Positions 52,975 through 64,000 of a DNA stretch of 64,000 nucleotides are shown here, piece by piece; position 1 is the first letter of the stretch, and each line of letters opens with the position of its first letter. The notes beneath the pieces are model-generated. The model worked only from the letters and a program-made list of their open reading frames with translations, did not search any database and was not told where the DNA came from. The position numbers and the translations under genes were made by a program. This stretch comes from an uncultured Chloroflexia bacterium (lineage in GTDB: Bacteria; Chloroflexota; Limnocylindria; Limnocylindrales; CSP1-4): NCBI GenBank assembly GCA_963813535.1, contig CAWEZH010000002.1, positions 64,001-128,000 on the forward strand, read 5' to 3'.

Positions 52975-53969
52975 CCGACGCCGCGCATCACATGCCGGTC
53001 GTCAGGCTCGCGCCGGCCAAGCTGAACCTGACCCTGGCCGTGGTCGGGCGCCGGGACGACGGCTTCCATGACCTCCATTCGGTGTTCGTGCCGCTCGGCC
53101 TGCACGACCGGCTCAGCGTGGCCCCTTCCGGTGGCACGGGACGCGACACGCTGCACGTCACGGGCGGCGACGCCGGGCCCATCGACGAGAACCTCGTGCT
53201 CCGCGCGATCTCCGCTGCGCGCGAGGCCGTCGGCCAGGGACCGGGGAAACCGCCAACGCCTCCGCTCGCGGCACGCCTGGACAAGCGCATCCCGGTCGCC
53301 GCGGGCCTCGGCGGCGGCTCGTCCGATGCCGCCGCCGCGTTCGACGCCGCCCTCGAGGCGTGGGGCGCCCGCGAGGCCGTCGATGCCGACCGACGGCGGA
53401 ATGCCGCGGCGATGATCGGCTCCGACGTGCCGTTCTTCCTGGTCGGCGGTCCGGCGCTCGTCGAGGGCCGGGGCGAGCGGGTCACGCCGCTCGCCGGCGT
53501 CCATGGCCATCCGGGCATCCTGCTGGTGACGCCGCGCGTGGCGGTTCGCACGCCCGACGTGTTCGCCATCTTCGACGGCGCGCGCCATGGCGCCGGGGGC
53601 GACAGCGCCATCCGGATGACCTCCGCGCACCTCGCCCAGGAGCTGGGCAACGGCCTGTCAGCGACCGACCTCATCGCACGAGCGGGCGTGCTGGCGTCGG
53701 CGAACGACCTTCTGCCGGCGGCGGCCCTCGTGGCGCCCGGCCTGGTCGGGGTCAGGCGTGCGCTGACGCGACTGCTCGGCCATCCGATCGGCCTGTCCGG
53801 CTCCGGGCCGACGCTGTGGACGCTCTATCCTTCACGCAGTGATGCCGAGACCGCCGCACGGACGGTCGAGGCGGCCGTGGCCGAGGGCACGGTGCCCACG
53901 ATCGGCGACGGCCCGCCGTCGGTCATCGCGACCACCATCCGCACAGGGCAAGAGGGAGAGGCCACATGA
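52971..53969 (+). CDS. ispE: 4-diphosphocytidyl-2-C-methyl-D-erythritol kinase
   Basis: APAKLNL, IPVAAGLGGGSSDAA, SGSGPT. Confidence 0.93.
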   Translation: MTDAAHHMPVVRLAPAKLNLTLAVVGRRDDGFHDLHSVFVPLGLHDRLSVAPSGGTGRDTLHVTGGDAGPIDENLVLRAISAAREAVGQGPGKPPTPPLAARLDKRIPVAAGLGGGSSDAAAAFDAALEAWGAREAVDADRRRNAAAMIGSDVPFFLVGGPALVEGRGERVTPLAGVHGHPGILLVTPRVAVRTPDVFAIFDGARHGAGGDSAIRMTSAHLAQELGNGLSATDLIARAGVLASANDLLPAAALVAPGLVGVRRALTRLLGHPIGLSGSGPTLWTLYPSRSDAETAARTVEAAVAEGTVPTIGDGPPSVIATTIRTGQEGEAT

Positions 53970-54349
53970 CGCGCGAGGCGATCTCGACCACGAACGCGCC
54001 GGCCGCCGCGGGGGCGTACAGCCAGGCGATCGTGGCCGGCGACCTGGTCTTCTGCGCAGGCCAGATCCCGCTCGACCCGGCGACCGGCGAGATGCTGTCC
54101 GGCACCATCGAGGAGCAGACCGAGCGGGTCCTGCGCAACCTCGGCGCCGTGCTGGATGCGGCTGGTGTCGGCTTCGCGGACGTAGCGAAGACCACGGTCT
54201 TCCTGGCCGACATGGGCGACTTCCCGGCGATGAACGGGGTGTATGCGACGTTCTTCCCCGATCCGCCACCCGCACGCTCCACCATCGAAGTCGGCGCCCT
54301 GCCCCGCGGTGCCCGGGTCGAGATCGAGGCCATCGCACGCCGTCCGTGA
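53966..54349 (+). CDS. ridA: RidA family enamine/imine deaminase
   Basis: YSQA, GQIPLDP, PARS, VEIEAIA. Confidence 0.92.
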   Translation: MTREAISTTNAPAAAGAYSQAIVAGDLVFCAGQIPLDPATGEMLSGTIEEQTERVLRNLGAVLDAAGVGFADVAKTTVFLADMGDFPAMNGVYATFFPDPPPARSTIEVGALPRGARVEIEAIARRP

Positions 54350-54375
54350 TCGGGCGATCCCCCAGCCCCGCTCGC

Positions 54376-54404
54376 TTGACGCTCACACAGGGCGCCCATA
54401 CCAT
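54376..54404 (+). promoter_or_regulatory. Sigma70-type promoter upstream of glmU
   Basis: TTGACG, 17 nt, TACCAT. Confidence 0.65.
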
Positions 54405-54496
54405 CCGGCCGACCAAGTCATGACACCACCCCTCCGCCCGTCGGGCTATGGATGCAACGTGGGCGACGGCCGCCCCGTGCACGCCCGACGCCGCGC

Positions 54497-55983
54497 ATGA
54501 ACCCCCCACGTCCCGATCCTGCGGCCTCGACGGTGAAGGGGCAGACCGGCCGCACCACCGCCGTCGTGCTGGCGGCCGGTCTGGGCACGCGCATGCGCTC
54601 CGCCACGCCCAAGGTGCTCCACCCGCTGTGTGGCCGGCCGATGCTCGCCTATGTGCTTGACGCGTGGGATGAGGTCGCCCAGGACGGCGATGCCACGAGC
54701 CGTCCGGTCGTCGTCTATTCGCCCGCCGTCGACGCGATCCGGCCTCCCTTCGACGATCGGGCCGACTTCGCGCTGCAGGACGAGCCGCGCGGGACCGGTG
54801 ACGCGGTCCGTGCCGCGCTGGTCGCGGTGCCCGACGACACCGACGAGGTCCTCGTCCTGTCGGGCGACGTGCCCCTGGTGAGCGGTGACGATCTCCGGGC
54901 GGTGCTCGGCGCCCGGCGCGAGGACGACGCGGCGATCGCGCTCGTCACGGTCTTTGCCGGCGACCCGGCACGGCTCGGACGCGTCGTCCGCGGCGAGTTC
55001 GGCACGGTCGAGTCGATCGTCGAGGCCAAGGACGCCACCGAGGAGGAGCTCGCCAACAACGAGGTGAACGCCGGCCTGTACGCCTTCGATGCCGACTGGC
55101 TGCGGCGGCGGATCGGATCGCTCAAGCCATCGGCCACGACCGGGGAGCTGTACCTGACCGAGTTGGTCCAGCTGGCCCGCGAGGACGGCCGGCTCGTGAT
55201 CGCCGTCGCGTTCGAGGACGACGGTCGGTTCGACGGCATCAACGACCGCTCGCAGCTCGCGGCCGCGGAGTGGAACCTACGCGTCCGTCGCAACGAGGAG
55301 CACATGCGCGCCGGGGTCACGATGCGCGACCCCTCCACCGTGTACCTCGACTGGGATGTGACGCTCGAACCCGACGTCACCCTCGAACCGAACGTGATCC
55401 TGCGTGGCGCCACATCGATCGGGGAGGGGAGCGTCATCGGCCCGGGCAGCCAGATCAGCGATTCGACGATCGGGCGCAACACCCGTGTGTGGGCGTCGGT
55501 CGTCGAGTCGTCGACGGTCGAGGACGAGGCAGCCATCGGGCCGTACAGCCACCTCCGCCCCGGCAGCGTCGTCGGCCGCGGCGCCGAGGTCGGCAACTAC
55601 GCGGAGCTCAAGAACACCCGTCTCGGACCGGGTTCGAAGCAACATCACATGAGCTACCTCGGCGATACCGAGACCGGCGAGGGCGTCAACATCGGGGCCG
55701 GGACCGTGACCGCCAACTACGACGGCAGCCGCAAGCACAAGACGACCATCGGCGATGGGGCGTTCATCGGTGTCGACACCATGATCGTCGCCCCGCGTGA
55801 CATCGGCGAGGGCGCCAGGACGGGCGCAGGGGCCGTCGTGACCAGGGACGTGCCGGCGGGCAAGCTCGCCGTGGGCGTGCCCGCGCGCATCCGCGAACCT
55901 CGTCCGAAACCGCCGTCGGACGTCGAGAGCGAGGCAGGACCGTCCGCCGAGCCGTCGGAACCCGCTCCCGGTGATGGCGCCTC

Positions 55984-55987
<4 letters not shown>
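54497..55987 (+). CDS. glmU: Bifunctional UDP-GlcNAc pyrophosphorylase/acetyltransferase (start uncertain: 54497 or 54533)
   Basis: LAAGLGTRMRS..PKVLH, ELYLTE, hexapeptide repeats, SYLGD, NYDG. Confidence 0.96.
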
Positions 55988-57321
<1,334 letters not shown>

Positions 57322-57348
57322 TGCCCGGCGCTCGGCGCCGGGGCGATC

Positions 57349-58374
57349 CTAGGCTGAGATCACCCCGACGATGATCTCCTCGAGTCGTGTGCGGGCGGCC
57401 GGCTGCACGACACCCGCCGCGTCGAGCTCGGCCAGGGCCTGATCCCGATATCGCCTGGCGGCATCGCGCGTGTAGTCGCGGGCCCCGACACGCTCGAGGA
57501 TCCGCACGATCTCTGACGACTGCTCGGGCGACGGCTGGCGCAGCGCGTACAGCTCGACCAGTCGCTCCCGGTCCTCGGGCCCGCCGTGTTCGACCGCGTA
57601 GATCACCGGCAGCGTCTTCTTCCGGTGGGCGACGTCGGACGCCTCCTTGCCGGTGGTCTGTTCCGCGCCCCAGATGCCCAGGAGATCGTCGTTGAGCTGG
57701 AACGCGATGCCCAGCGCCCACCCGAACGCGCGGTATCGGCGGATGACGTTCTCATCGTCGGTCGCCAGCAGGGCGCCCGCCTCGATGGACGCCGCGATCA
57801 GCGCCGCGGTCTTGCGGCCGATCATGTCGAAGTAGGCATCGACCGACATGACCTCGTCCGACTCGCTCGTCGCGATGTCGATGTACTGCCCCTCGCACAG
57901 GGCGAGGCAGGTCTCGTCGTAGAGCCGCATCAGCCGCAGGATCTTGGCGTCCGAGAAGCCGAGATCGCTCAGTCGATGCAGGGCGATGCGCGACAGGCTG
58001 AACAGCGTGTCGCCGGCGTTGATCGCCTGCGGGATGCCGTGGACCGTCCACAACGTCGGCCGATGCCGTCGTTCGCGGTCGCCGTCCTCGATGTCGTCGT
58101 GGACCAGGCTGAAGTTGTGGCCGAGCTCGACCGCGGCGGCGCCCGGCAGGGCACGCCGGTGATCGCCGGCGATCGATGCGTACGCGAGCAGGCCGAGGAG
58201 GGGCCGGACCCGCTTGCCACCGTTGCCCCCCTTGCCGTCGAGCGCGAGGTGGTAGCGGACCATCTCGTACAGCCCATGGGTCGACGGATCGCGGTCCTGG
58301 ACGAGCCGGACGATCTCGCCTTCGGTGTCGGCGATGAGCTCCGCGAGGTCGAGATCCTGCGAGGCGGTGGTCAC
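57349..58374 (-). CDS. Polyprenyl (GGPP-type) diphosphate synthase
   Basis: GGKRVRP, SLVHDDIED, GQYID, KTAAL, FQLNDD; GTG start at 58374 sits 6 nt after TACACT. Confidence 0.93.
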   Translation of the reverse strand: MTTASQDLDLAELIADTEGEIVRLVQDRDPSTHGLYEMVRYHLALDGKGGNGGKRVRPLLGLLAYASIAGDHRRALPGAAAVELGHNFSLVHDDIEDGDRERRHRPTLWTVHGIPQAINAGDTLFSLSRIALHRLSDLGFSDAKILRLMRLYDETCLALCEGQYIDIATSESDEVMSVDAYFDMIGRKTAALIAASIEAGALLATDDENVIRRYRAFGWALGIAFQLNDDLLGIWGAEQTTGKEASDVAHRKKTLPVIYAVEHGGPEDRERLVELYALRQPSPEQSSEIVRILERVGARDYTRDAARRYRDQALAELDAAGVVQPAARTRLEEIIVGVISA

Positions 58375-58540
58375 CTGGCCAGTGTACAACGAAACATGTC
58401 CGCTGTAAGTAGCCTGTTGATTGGCATGAAGGAGCGCCGGTGCGGGGGACGCGACCGCACCGGCGCCTGATACGGATACGGGGGCCGGCGCGAACCGGAT
58501 GAGTCGTTTCTGGTCATCCGATGGTACCGTCCGACCGGAG

Positions 58541-59305
58541 ATGCCCGTCCCCCGTCGCTACACCACCGACGCCATCGTGCTGTCGCGGTTCGATCTCGGC
58601 GAGGCGGACCGGGTCCTGACCCTCATCACGCCGGCCGGCGGCAAGCTCAAGGCGATCGCCAAGGGCATCCGCAGGCCGACGTCGCGTATCGGCGGCAGTC
58701 TCGAGCCATTCGCGGAGCTCACGGTGGCGCTGGCGCGAGGGCGCACGTTCGACGTGGTGACGCAAGTGAGCGTCGGGCACGCGTGGCTCCATCTGCGGGA
58801 CGACCTCGAAAGCACCGCCACGGCGTGGTACCTGGCCGAGCTCGCGGATCGGAGCCTCGAGGAGCGCCATGCCGCCGAACCGCTGTACGCACTCCTGCGC
58901 CGGGCGTACGAGCTGCTCGATGCGGGAATGGCGTCGGGCCGCGTGGCGCGCTGGTTCGAGATGCATCTGCTCGACGAGCTCGGAGTGCGCCCAGAGGTCG
59001 ACCGTTGCGTGGAGTGCGACCGCGTCCTCGAGTCCGACGCGCGATTCCGGTGGGTCCCGCCACTGGGCGGCGTGGTCTGCGATCGCTGTCCGGGGCCGCC
59101 GCACGACCGGACCGGTCTCAGCCTGGACGCGCTCAAGCTGCTCAAGGCCTACCAGCGCCTCGACATCGAGGCGCTCGCCGGTCTCCGCCTGACCGCGCAG
59201 GTGGAGGCTGAGGTGGAGACCGCGCTGCGCGATTTCGTGCGGCACGTGCTCGAGCGAGAGGCTCGCTCGCTGGCCTTCCTCGACGAGGTTCGGACGCACT
59301 CCTAG
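58541..59305 (+). CDS. recO: DNA repair protein RecO
   Basis: GEADRVLTLIT, AIAKGIR, CVEC..CDRC zinc motif. Confidence 0.94.
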   Translation: MPVPRRYTTDAIVLSRFDLGEADRVLTLITPAGGKLKAIAKGIRRPTSRIGGSLEPFAELTVALARGRTFDVVTQVSVGHAWLHLRDDLESTATAWYLAELADRSLEERHAAEPLYALLRRAYELLDAGMASGRVARWFEMHLLDELGVRPEVDRCVECDRVLESDARFRWVPPLGGVVCDRCPGPPHDRTGLSLDALKLLKAYQRLDIEALAGLRLTAQVEAEVETALRDFVRHVLEREARSLAFLDEVRTHS

Positions 59306-59591
59306 AGCCCGGTCGACGTCGCGTGACGGGACCTTCGGGCCAGGACCCCCGGTGCACGCGGGCGACACCAACCCCTGACCGGGTGAGCCGCTGCTTGTGG
59401 GGTTGGCGCCGGAAAAGTCGGGAGCGGACACGTTTCCGTGAGGTTCCGATTCGGTGTTGTATGGCCCATACGTACTAGACCGCGAGGCTCCGCGCTGCCA
59501 TGATGCGCTACGTCTTCATCCGAGTCAGAGACGGGGGATCCCGGATCGACTCAACCATCAACCGGGCCCAACCGGCCTACAGGAGGTCCTC

Positions 59592-60412
59592 ATGCGGGGG
59601 TTCTCGGGGCGACGACGAGGCGTGTCGATGCGATCAGTAAGCGTGATCGGCGCCGGTGTCGTTCTTCTCACGGCGCTGTTCGCGCCGACAACGATGGCGG
59701 CGTCGCCCAACTCGGGTACGGCCGTCGTCGACGGCGCGACGGGCGATTGGTCGCTCGGCGCCGACTTCTTCGCGGACATGGCCGATGCCGGCAAGGCCGA
59801 CGCCGATGTTCGCGCCAAGCTGTATCTCAAGTACGACTGTGAAGAGGGTGTCCTCTACGCGCTCGTTCTCGCCCAGAACGGCGAGAAGGGCCGCCAGGAG
59901 CGGACCGACGAGGCCTACGTGGCCATCGACGGCTCCAAGGAGATCGATTCGTTCAACGGCGAGTTCGCGTGGGTCAACGGTGACGGCGTCCTTGCCGATG
60001 GCTTCGAGGGTTCCGCTGAGCTCGAGCCCGGCAGCTATTCGCTCCGCGCTCACATCCTCGTCGCCGACGACAGCGCCGACGGCTACACGCCGATGGATGT
60101 CATCGGCCGGACCGTCCCGCTCGATATCGTGTGCGAGGACGAGTCAGCCGACCGACGAAGCAGCCGACCGACGAGGAGCCGACGGATCCGGTCAACCCGC
60201 CGCCTGGTGGTGGCGTTGGCCCGACCACCGGCACGCGTCCGACCAAGACGCTCCCGCCGACCGATACGATCGAGACCAGCACCGCACCGTCGTCCGGTGT
60301 CGGGATCGTCCTCGCCGTCCTCGGCGTGGGCTCGCTGGCCACGCTCGTCCTGACCTTCGGTCGCCGCCGCCAGCCGGTCGGCATCGAGGTCGAGGAGACC
60401 ACCAAGCACTGA
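59592..60412 (+). CDS. Secreted/surface protein with LPPTD-TM-RRR tail, frameshifted near 60143-60160
   Basis: AGGAGG SD; signal peptide (VLLTALFAPTTMAA); acidic beta domain; QPTDE repeats; tail in the 60131-60412 frame. Confidence 0.65.
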
Positions 60413-60422
60413 TGACGAAGCG

Positions 60423-61617
60423 GTGGCGCGCCGCCTGACCCGCGCTACCACGATCGCGGCCGGGGTCCTCGGGACCTCGGCCGCTTTCGTTATGGGCGGC
60501 ATCGCCCTCGGCGGCGCGGCGTCGCAGGTCGCCGAACGCCGCCTGAACCGGGTCCATCGGCCGGGGCCGTACCGGGCGTCGGCACGAGCCGTCGAGCTGC
60601 ATCGATCGCTGACGGTCGTCGACCTCCACGCCGATACGCTGCTGTGGGGTCGCGATCTCGGGCGACGTGCCGGGTACGGGCACGTCGACGTCCCGCGGCT
60701 GATCGAGGGTGGGGTGGCCATCGTCGCCCTCTCCGCATCGACCCAGGTACCGCGGCGGGCCAACCTCGATCGCAACGACGGCAGCTCGGACCTCGTCACG
60801 CTGCTCGCCGTTGGCCAGCGTTGGCCACGCGCAGCATGGAGCAGTCGCTTGGCCCGGGCACTCCACCTGGCGCTCCGGCTGCGCGCGACGGTGGCCGACT
60901 CAGCAGGTCGGCTCAGCCTGATCGAGACCCGTCGCGACCTCGACGCCTATCTCGCCCGGCGCGCGGTCGATCCCGACGACGACCGCCGCGTTCCTGGCGA
61001 TCGAAGGTGCCCAGGCACTCGACGACGATCTGGACAACCTCGACGTGCTGGCACTCGCGGGTTACCGGATGGTGTCGCCGGCGCACTTCTTCGACACGGC
61101 CTACGGCGGCTCCGCTCACGGCGTCGTCAAGGGTGGGCTCACGGCGGCCGGTCGCGATCTGCTCTCGCGCATGGAGTCGAGCGGGATGGTCATGGACGTC
61201 GCCCATGCCTCGTCCGCGACGATCGACGATGTCCTGTCGCTTGCCGTCCGACCCGTCGTCGCCTCGCACACCGGCGTCCGCGCCGCCGTGCCGGGCGTCC
61301 GCAACCTGCCCGACGACCAGGTCCGTGCCATCGCCGCGACCGGCGGCCTCGTCGGTATCGGCTTCTGGCCGGTCGCCTGTGGCGGCGACGACGCGGCCGC
61401 GATCGCTCGGTCGATCGCCGCCGCCATCGGGCTCGCGGGCGTCGAGCACGTCGGCCTCGGATCCGACTTCGACGGCGCCGTCGCGACGCCCTTCGATGCG
61501 TCCGGGATGCCGCTGCTCACCGAGGCCCTGCTCGCAGAAGGGCTGTCGGAGCACGACATCGCCGCGGTGATGGGCGGCAACGCGGTGCGCGTGCTGGCGG
61601 CCTCGCTGCCCGGCTGA
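60423..61617 (+). CDS. Membrane dipeptidase (peptidase M19), apparent +1 frameshift near 60973
   Basis: N-terminal TM, DLHADTL, GHVDVPRL; after shift LAIEG, DVAH, ASHTG, RNL, GLGSDFDG. Confidence 0.88.
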
Positions 61618-61681
61618 TAGCATCGGCGCCCAGCCATCCCGCGCGGCCATGCCACGGTCGCGTATCAGCGGAGAACTCCTC

Positions 61682-63094
61682 GTGACCAGCCCATCCGTCG
61701 ATCCGGACGACGTCGCCCCGGCCGTCCGCGACCTCGACACCATCGTGTCGCTCTCCAAGCGACGCGGCTTCATCTATCCATCGTCCGAGATCTACGGCGG
61801 CATCAATGCCGTTTGGGACTACGGGCCGCTCGGCGTCGAGCTCAAGAACAACGTGAAGCGTGCATGGTGGCGGTCGATGGTCCAGGAGCGCGACGACATC
61901 GTCGGGCTCGATGCCGGGATCCTCATGCACCCACAGGTCTGGGTGACATCCGGCCACGTCGGCAGCTTCAGCGATCCACTAGTCGAATGCCAGACGGACC
62001 ATCGCCGGTTCCGTCTCGATGAGTTGCCGGGGGCGGAGGGCCTGTCGGCCACCGAGCTCCAGGAGCCGGACATCGTCGAGCGGCTCGGCCTGCGCTGCCC
62101 GGTCGATGGCGGGCCACTCTCCGCTCCGCGCCGCTTCAACCTCATGTTCAAGACGTTCATGGGACCGGTCGAAGAGGACGCCTCGGTCATCTACCTGCGC
62201 CCCGAGACGGCCCAGGGCTCGTATGTCAACTTCAAGAACGTCCTGCAGTCGTCCCGCAAGAAGTTGCCGTTCGGGATCGCCCAGATCGGGAAGTCGTTCC
62301 GCAACGAGATCTCGCCCGGCAACTTCGTGTTCCGGATGCGCGAGTTCGAGCAGATGGAGATGCAGTACTTCGTTCGGCCCGAGGGCGAGGCCGCTGCGGC
62401 CTTCGAGACATGGCTCCCGGCGCGCCGCGCGTGGTACGAGCGCTTCGGCGTCACGCCCGAACGCCTTCGGCTGCGCGAACACGCACCGGACGAGCTGGCG
62501 CACTACGCGAAGAAGGCGGTCGACGTGGAGTACCGCTTCCCGTTCGGCTGGAAGGAGCTGGAAGGCGTCCACAACCGTGGCGATTTCGACCTGTCGCGCC
62601 ACTCGGAAGCGTCCGGCGAGAACCTCGAGTACTTCGACCAGGCAACGAACGAGCACGTCATCCCATGGATCGTCGAAACCGCCGCCGGCGCGGACCGTGC
62701 CGCCTTCACGTTCCTCATCGATGCCTATCGCGAGGAGGAGGTCCGCGGCGAGACGCGCGTCTCGCTGGCGCTCCACCCCGAGCTTGCGCCATACAAGGTC
62801 GCGGTCCTGCCGCTGCTCAAGAAGCGACCCGAGATCGTCGAGCTGTGCCACCGCATCAAGTCCGACCTGCAACGTCACACGATGGCCGTGTACGACGACA
62901 CCGCTGCCATCGGCAAGCTGTACCGACGCCAGGACGAGATCGGCACGCCGTGGTGCATCACCGTCGACGTCGACTCGCTCGAAGACGGAGCGGTCACCGT
63001 GCGCGATCGGGATTCGATGGCCCAGGAGCGCGTGCCGATCGAGGGCGTGACTCGGCTGATCCTCGACCGACTGGACGACGCGCGGGCCGGATGA
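61682..63094 (+). CDS. glyQS: Glycine-tRNA ligase, homodimeric type
   Basis: EIYGG, YLRPETAQG, FRNEI, REFEQME, YRRQDEIGTP. Confidence 0.96.
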   Translation: MTSPSVDPDDVAPAVRDLDTIVSLSKRRGFIYPSSEIYGGINAVWDYGPLGVELKNNVKRAWWRSMVQERDDIVGLDAGILMHPQVWVTSGHVGSFSDPLVECQTDHRRFRLDELPGAEGLSATELQEPDIVERLGLRCPVDGGPLSAPRRFNLMFKTFMGPVEEDASVIYLRPETAQGSYVNFKNVLQSSRKKLPFGIAQIGKSFRNEISPGNFVFRMREFEQMEMQYFVRPEGEAAAAFETWLPARRAWYERFGVTPERLRLREHAPDELAHYAKKAVDVEYRFPFGWKELEGVHNRGDFDLSRHSEASGENLEYFDQATNEHVIPWIVETAAGADRAAFTFLIDAYREEEVRGETRVSLALHPELAPYKVAVLPLLKKRPEIVELCHRIKSDLQRHTMAVYDDTAAIGKLYRRQDEIGTPWCITVDVDSLEDGAVTVRDRDSMAQERVPIEGVTRLILDRLDDARAG

Positions 63095-64000
63095 CCAGCG
63101 CGGACGATCTGGCACGCAGCGTCCGCGCGTGGCGTTCCACGCTCGACGGCGATCAGCGAGAGCGCTCGTCGTTCGGGTTCGACGACCCGGAGCGCGTCGT
63201 CTGGGCGTTCACGCCGGGCGAGCGTGCGGGCCTGGCGCTCGGTGATATGGCGCCGGAGCAGCGGTCGGCCGCGTCACGCATCGTCGAAGCCGCGATGAGC
63301 GCGCGTGGTGCCCGAGAGGTCGCCGCCGTCATCGCCCTCGAATCGGTCCTTGGCGGGCTGGAACGCGACCAGGGCCGCTCGAACTGGCCGCGGCGCGACC
63401 CAGGGCTGTACTGGTTTGCCGTCTTCGGCGATCCGACAGACCCGGCCACGGCACGGGAGCCATGGGCGTGGCGGATCGGCGGTCACCACGTGGCCGTCCA
63501 GATGACGGTCGCGGACAGCGAGGTCGTCGGCAGCACGCCGTCGTTCCTGGGGGCCAACCCGGCCGTCGTTCCCGGCGGGCCTCGTGCCGGGGAGCGGACG
63601 CTGACGGGCGAGGAGTCGCTTGCCCGGGCGCTGCTGGATGGCCTGTCGCCCGACGCGCGGGCGGTCGCCGTGGTCGACGCCGTGGCACCACCGGAGATCC
63701 TCACGGGCAACAGTGCCCGTGCCGATCCGTCGTCAGTCCCCCGCGGCCTCCGCTATGCCGAGATGGATCCGACCGCCCAGGCGGGGCTGGTGCGCCTGAT
63801 CCGGCACTACCTGGGACGGGCGGCCGACGACGTCGCTGAGTCCGATTGGGAGCGAGCGGTGGCCGATGGCCTCGCGGACACGACGTTCGCCTGGGCCGGG
63901 GCGCTGGAACCCGGGCGCGGGCACTACTACGCGATCCGTGGCCCGCGGCTGCTCATCGAGTACGACAACACGCAGAACGGCGCCAATCACGTCCACGCCG
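63091..64000 (+). CDS. DUF3500-family protein (3' truncated; not in ORF track)
   Basis: ATG overlaps glyQS stop; manual translation gives RDPGLYWFAVFGDP, WRIGGHH, PSFLGANP, LIEYDNTQNGANHVH; open to window end. Confidence 0.8.
   Translation, partial: MTSADDLARSVRAWRSTLDGDQRERSSFGFDDPERVVWAFTPGERAGLALGDMAPEQRSAASRIVEAAMSARGAREVAAVIALESVLGGLERDQGRSNWPRRDPGLYWFAVFGDPTDPATAREPWAWRIGGHHVAVQMTVADSEVVGSTPSFLGANPAVVPGGPRAGERTLTGEESLARALLDGLSPDARAVAVVDAVAPPEILTGNSARADPSSVPRGLRYAEMDPTAQAGLVRLIRHYLGRAADDVAESDWERAVADGLADTTFAWAGALEPGRGHYYAIRGPRLLIEYDNTQNGANHVHA

Noticed and set aside
58390-58402. CGAAACATGTCCG as a LexA box for recO
   Set aside because: Does not fit GAAC-N4-GTTC spacing.
59306-59591. T-box or known riboswitch between recO and glyQS
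   Set aside because: No T-box GGTGGNACCGCG or recognisable aptamer; only generic stems (CCAACCCC/GGGGTTGG, GAGTC/GACTC).

Overview
GC-rich bacterial chromosome segment, almost all on the + strand. Gene order and protein features (RpoB tail, long coiled-coil beta' insertion, homodimeric GlyRS, GlmL-like module) suggest Chloroflexota, possibly Limnocylindria/Ellin6529; this is inference. 1-35351 is a contiguous translation/transcription supercluster: tuf, rpmG, tRNA-Trp, secE, nusG, rplKA, rplJL, rpoBC, rpsLG, fusA, tuf, S10, spc, secY, adk, map, infA, alpha operon, truA, rplM, rpsI. 35.5-64 kb holds argF, a TPR protein, cdaA-cdaR-glmM-glmS, acpS, nnrD, alr, a four-gene uncharacterised block (macrodomain, 97-aa protein, GlmL/MutL-like protein, barrel-sandwich-like protein), tsaE-tsaB-rimI-tsaD-rsmA-ispE-ridA, glmU, a CBS/CorC membrane protein, polyprenyl synthase (- strand), recO, an LPPTD-tailed surface protein, an M19 dipeptidase, glyQS and a DUF3500 protein. 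Five genes (rpoC, alr, tsaD, the surface protein, the dipeptidase) have frameshifts that look like sequencing insertions. Best leads: the four-gene block, a ~500-nt structured rplJ leader, a glmS leader starting like the glmS ribozyme but lacking its core, triple NPFL motifs in the RpoC tail, natural substitutions at antibiotic-target residues (RpoB H526S, S12 G92S, EF-Tu domain 2), and repeat-built acidic ribosomal protein tails. No CRISPR, rRNA, transposase or phage genes seen.
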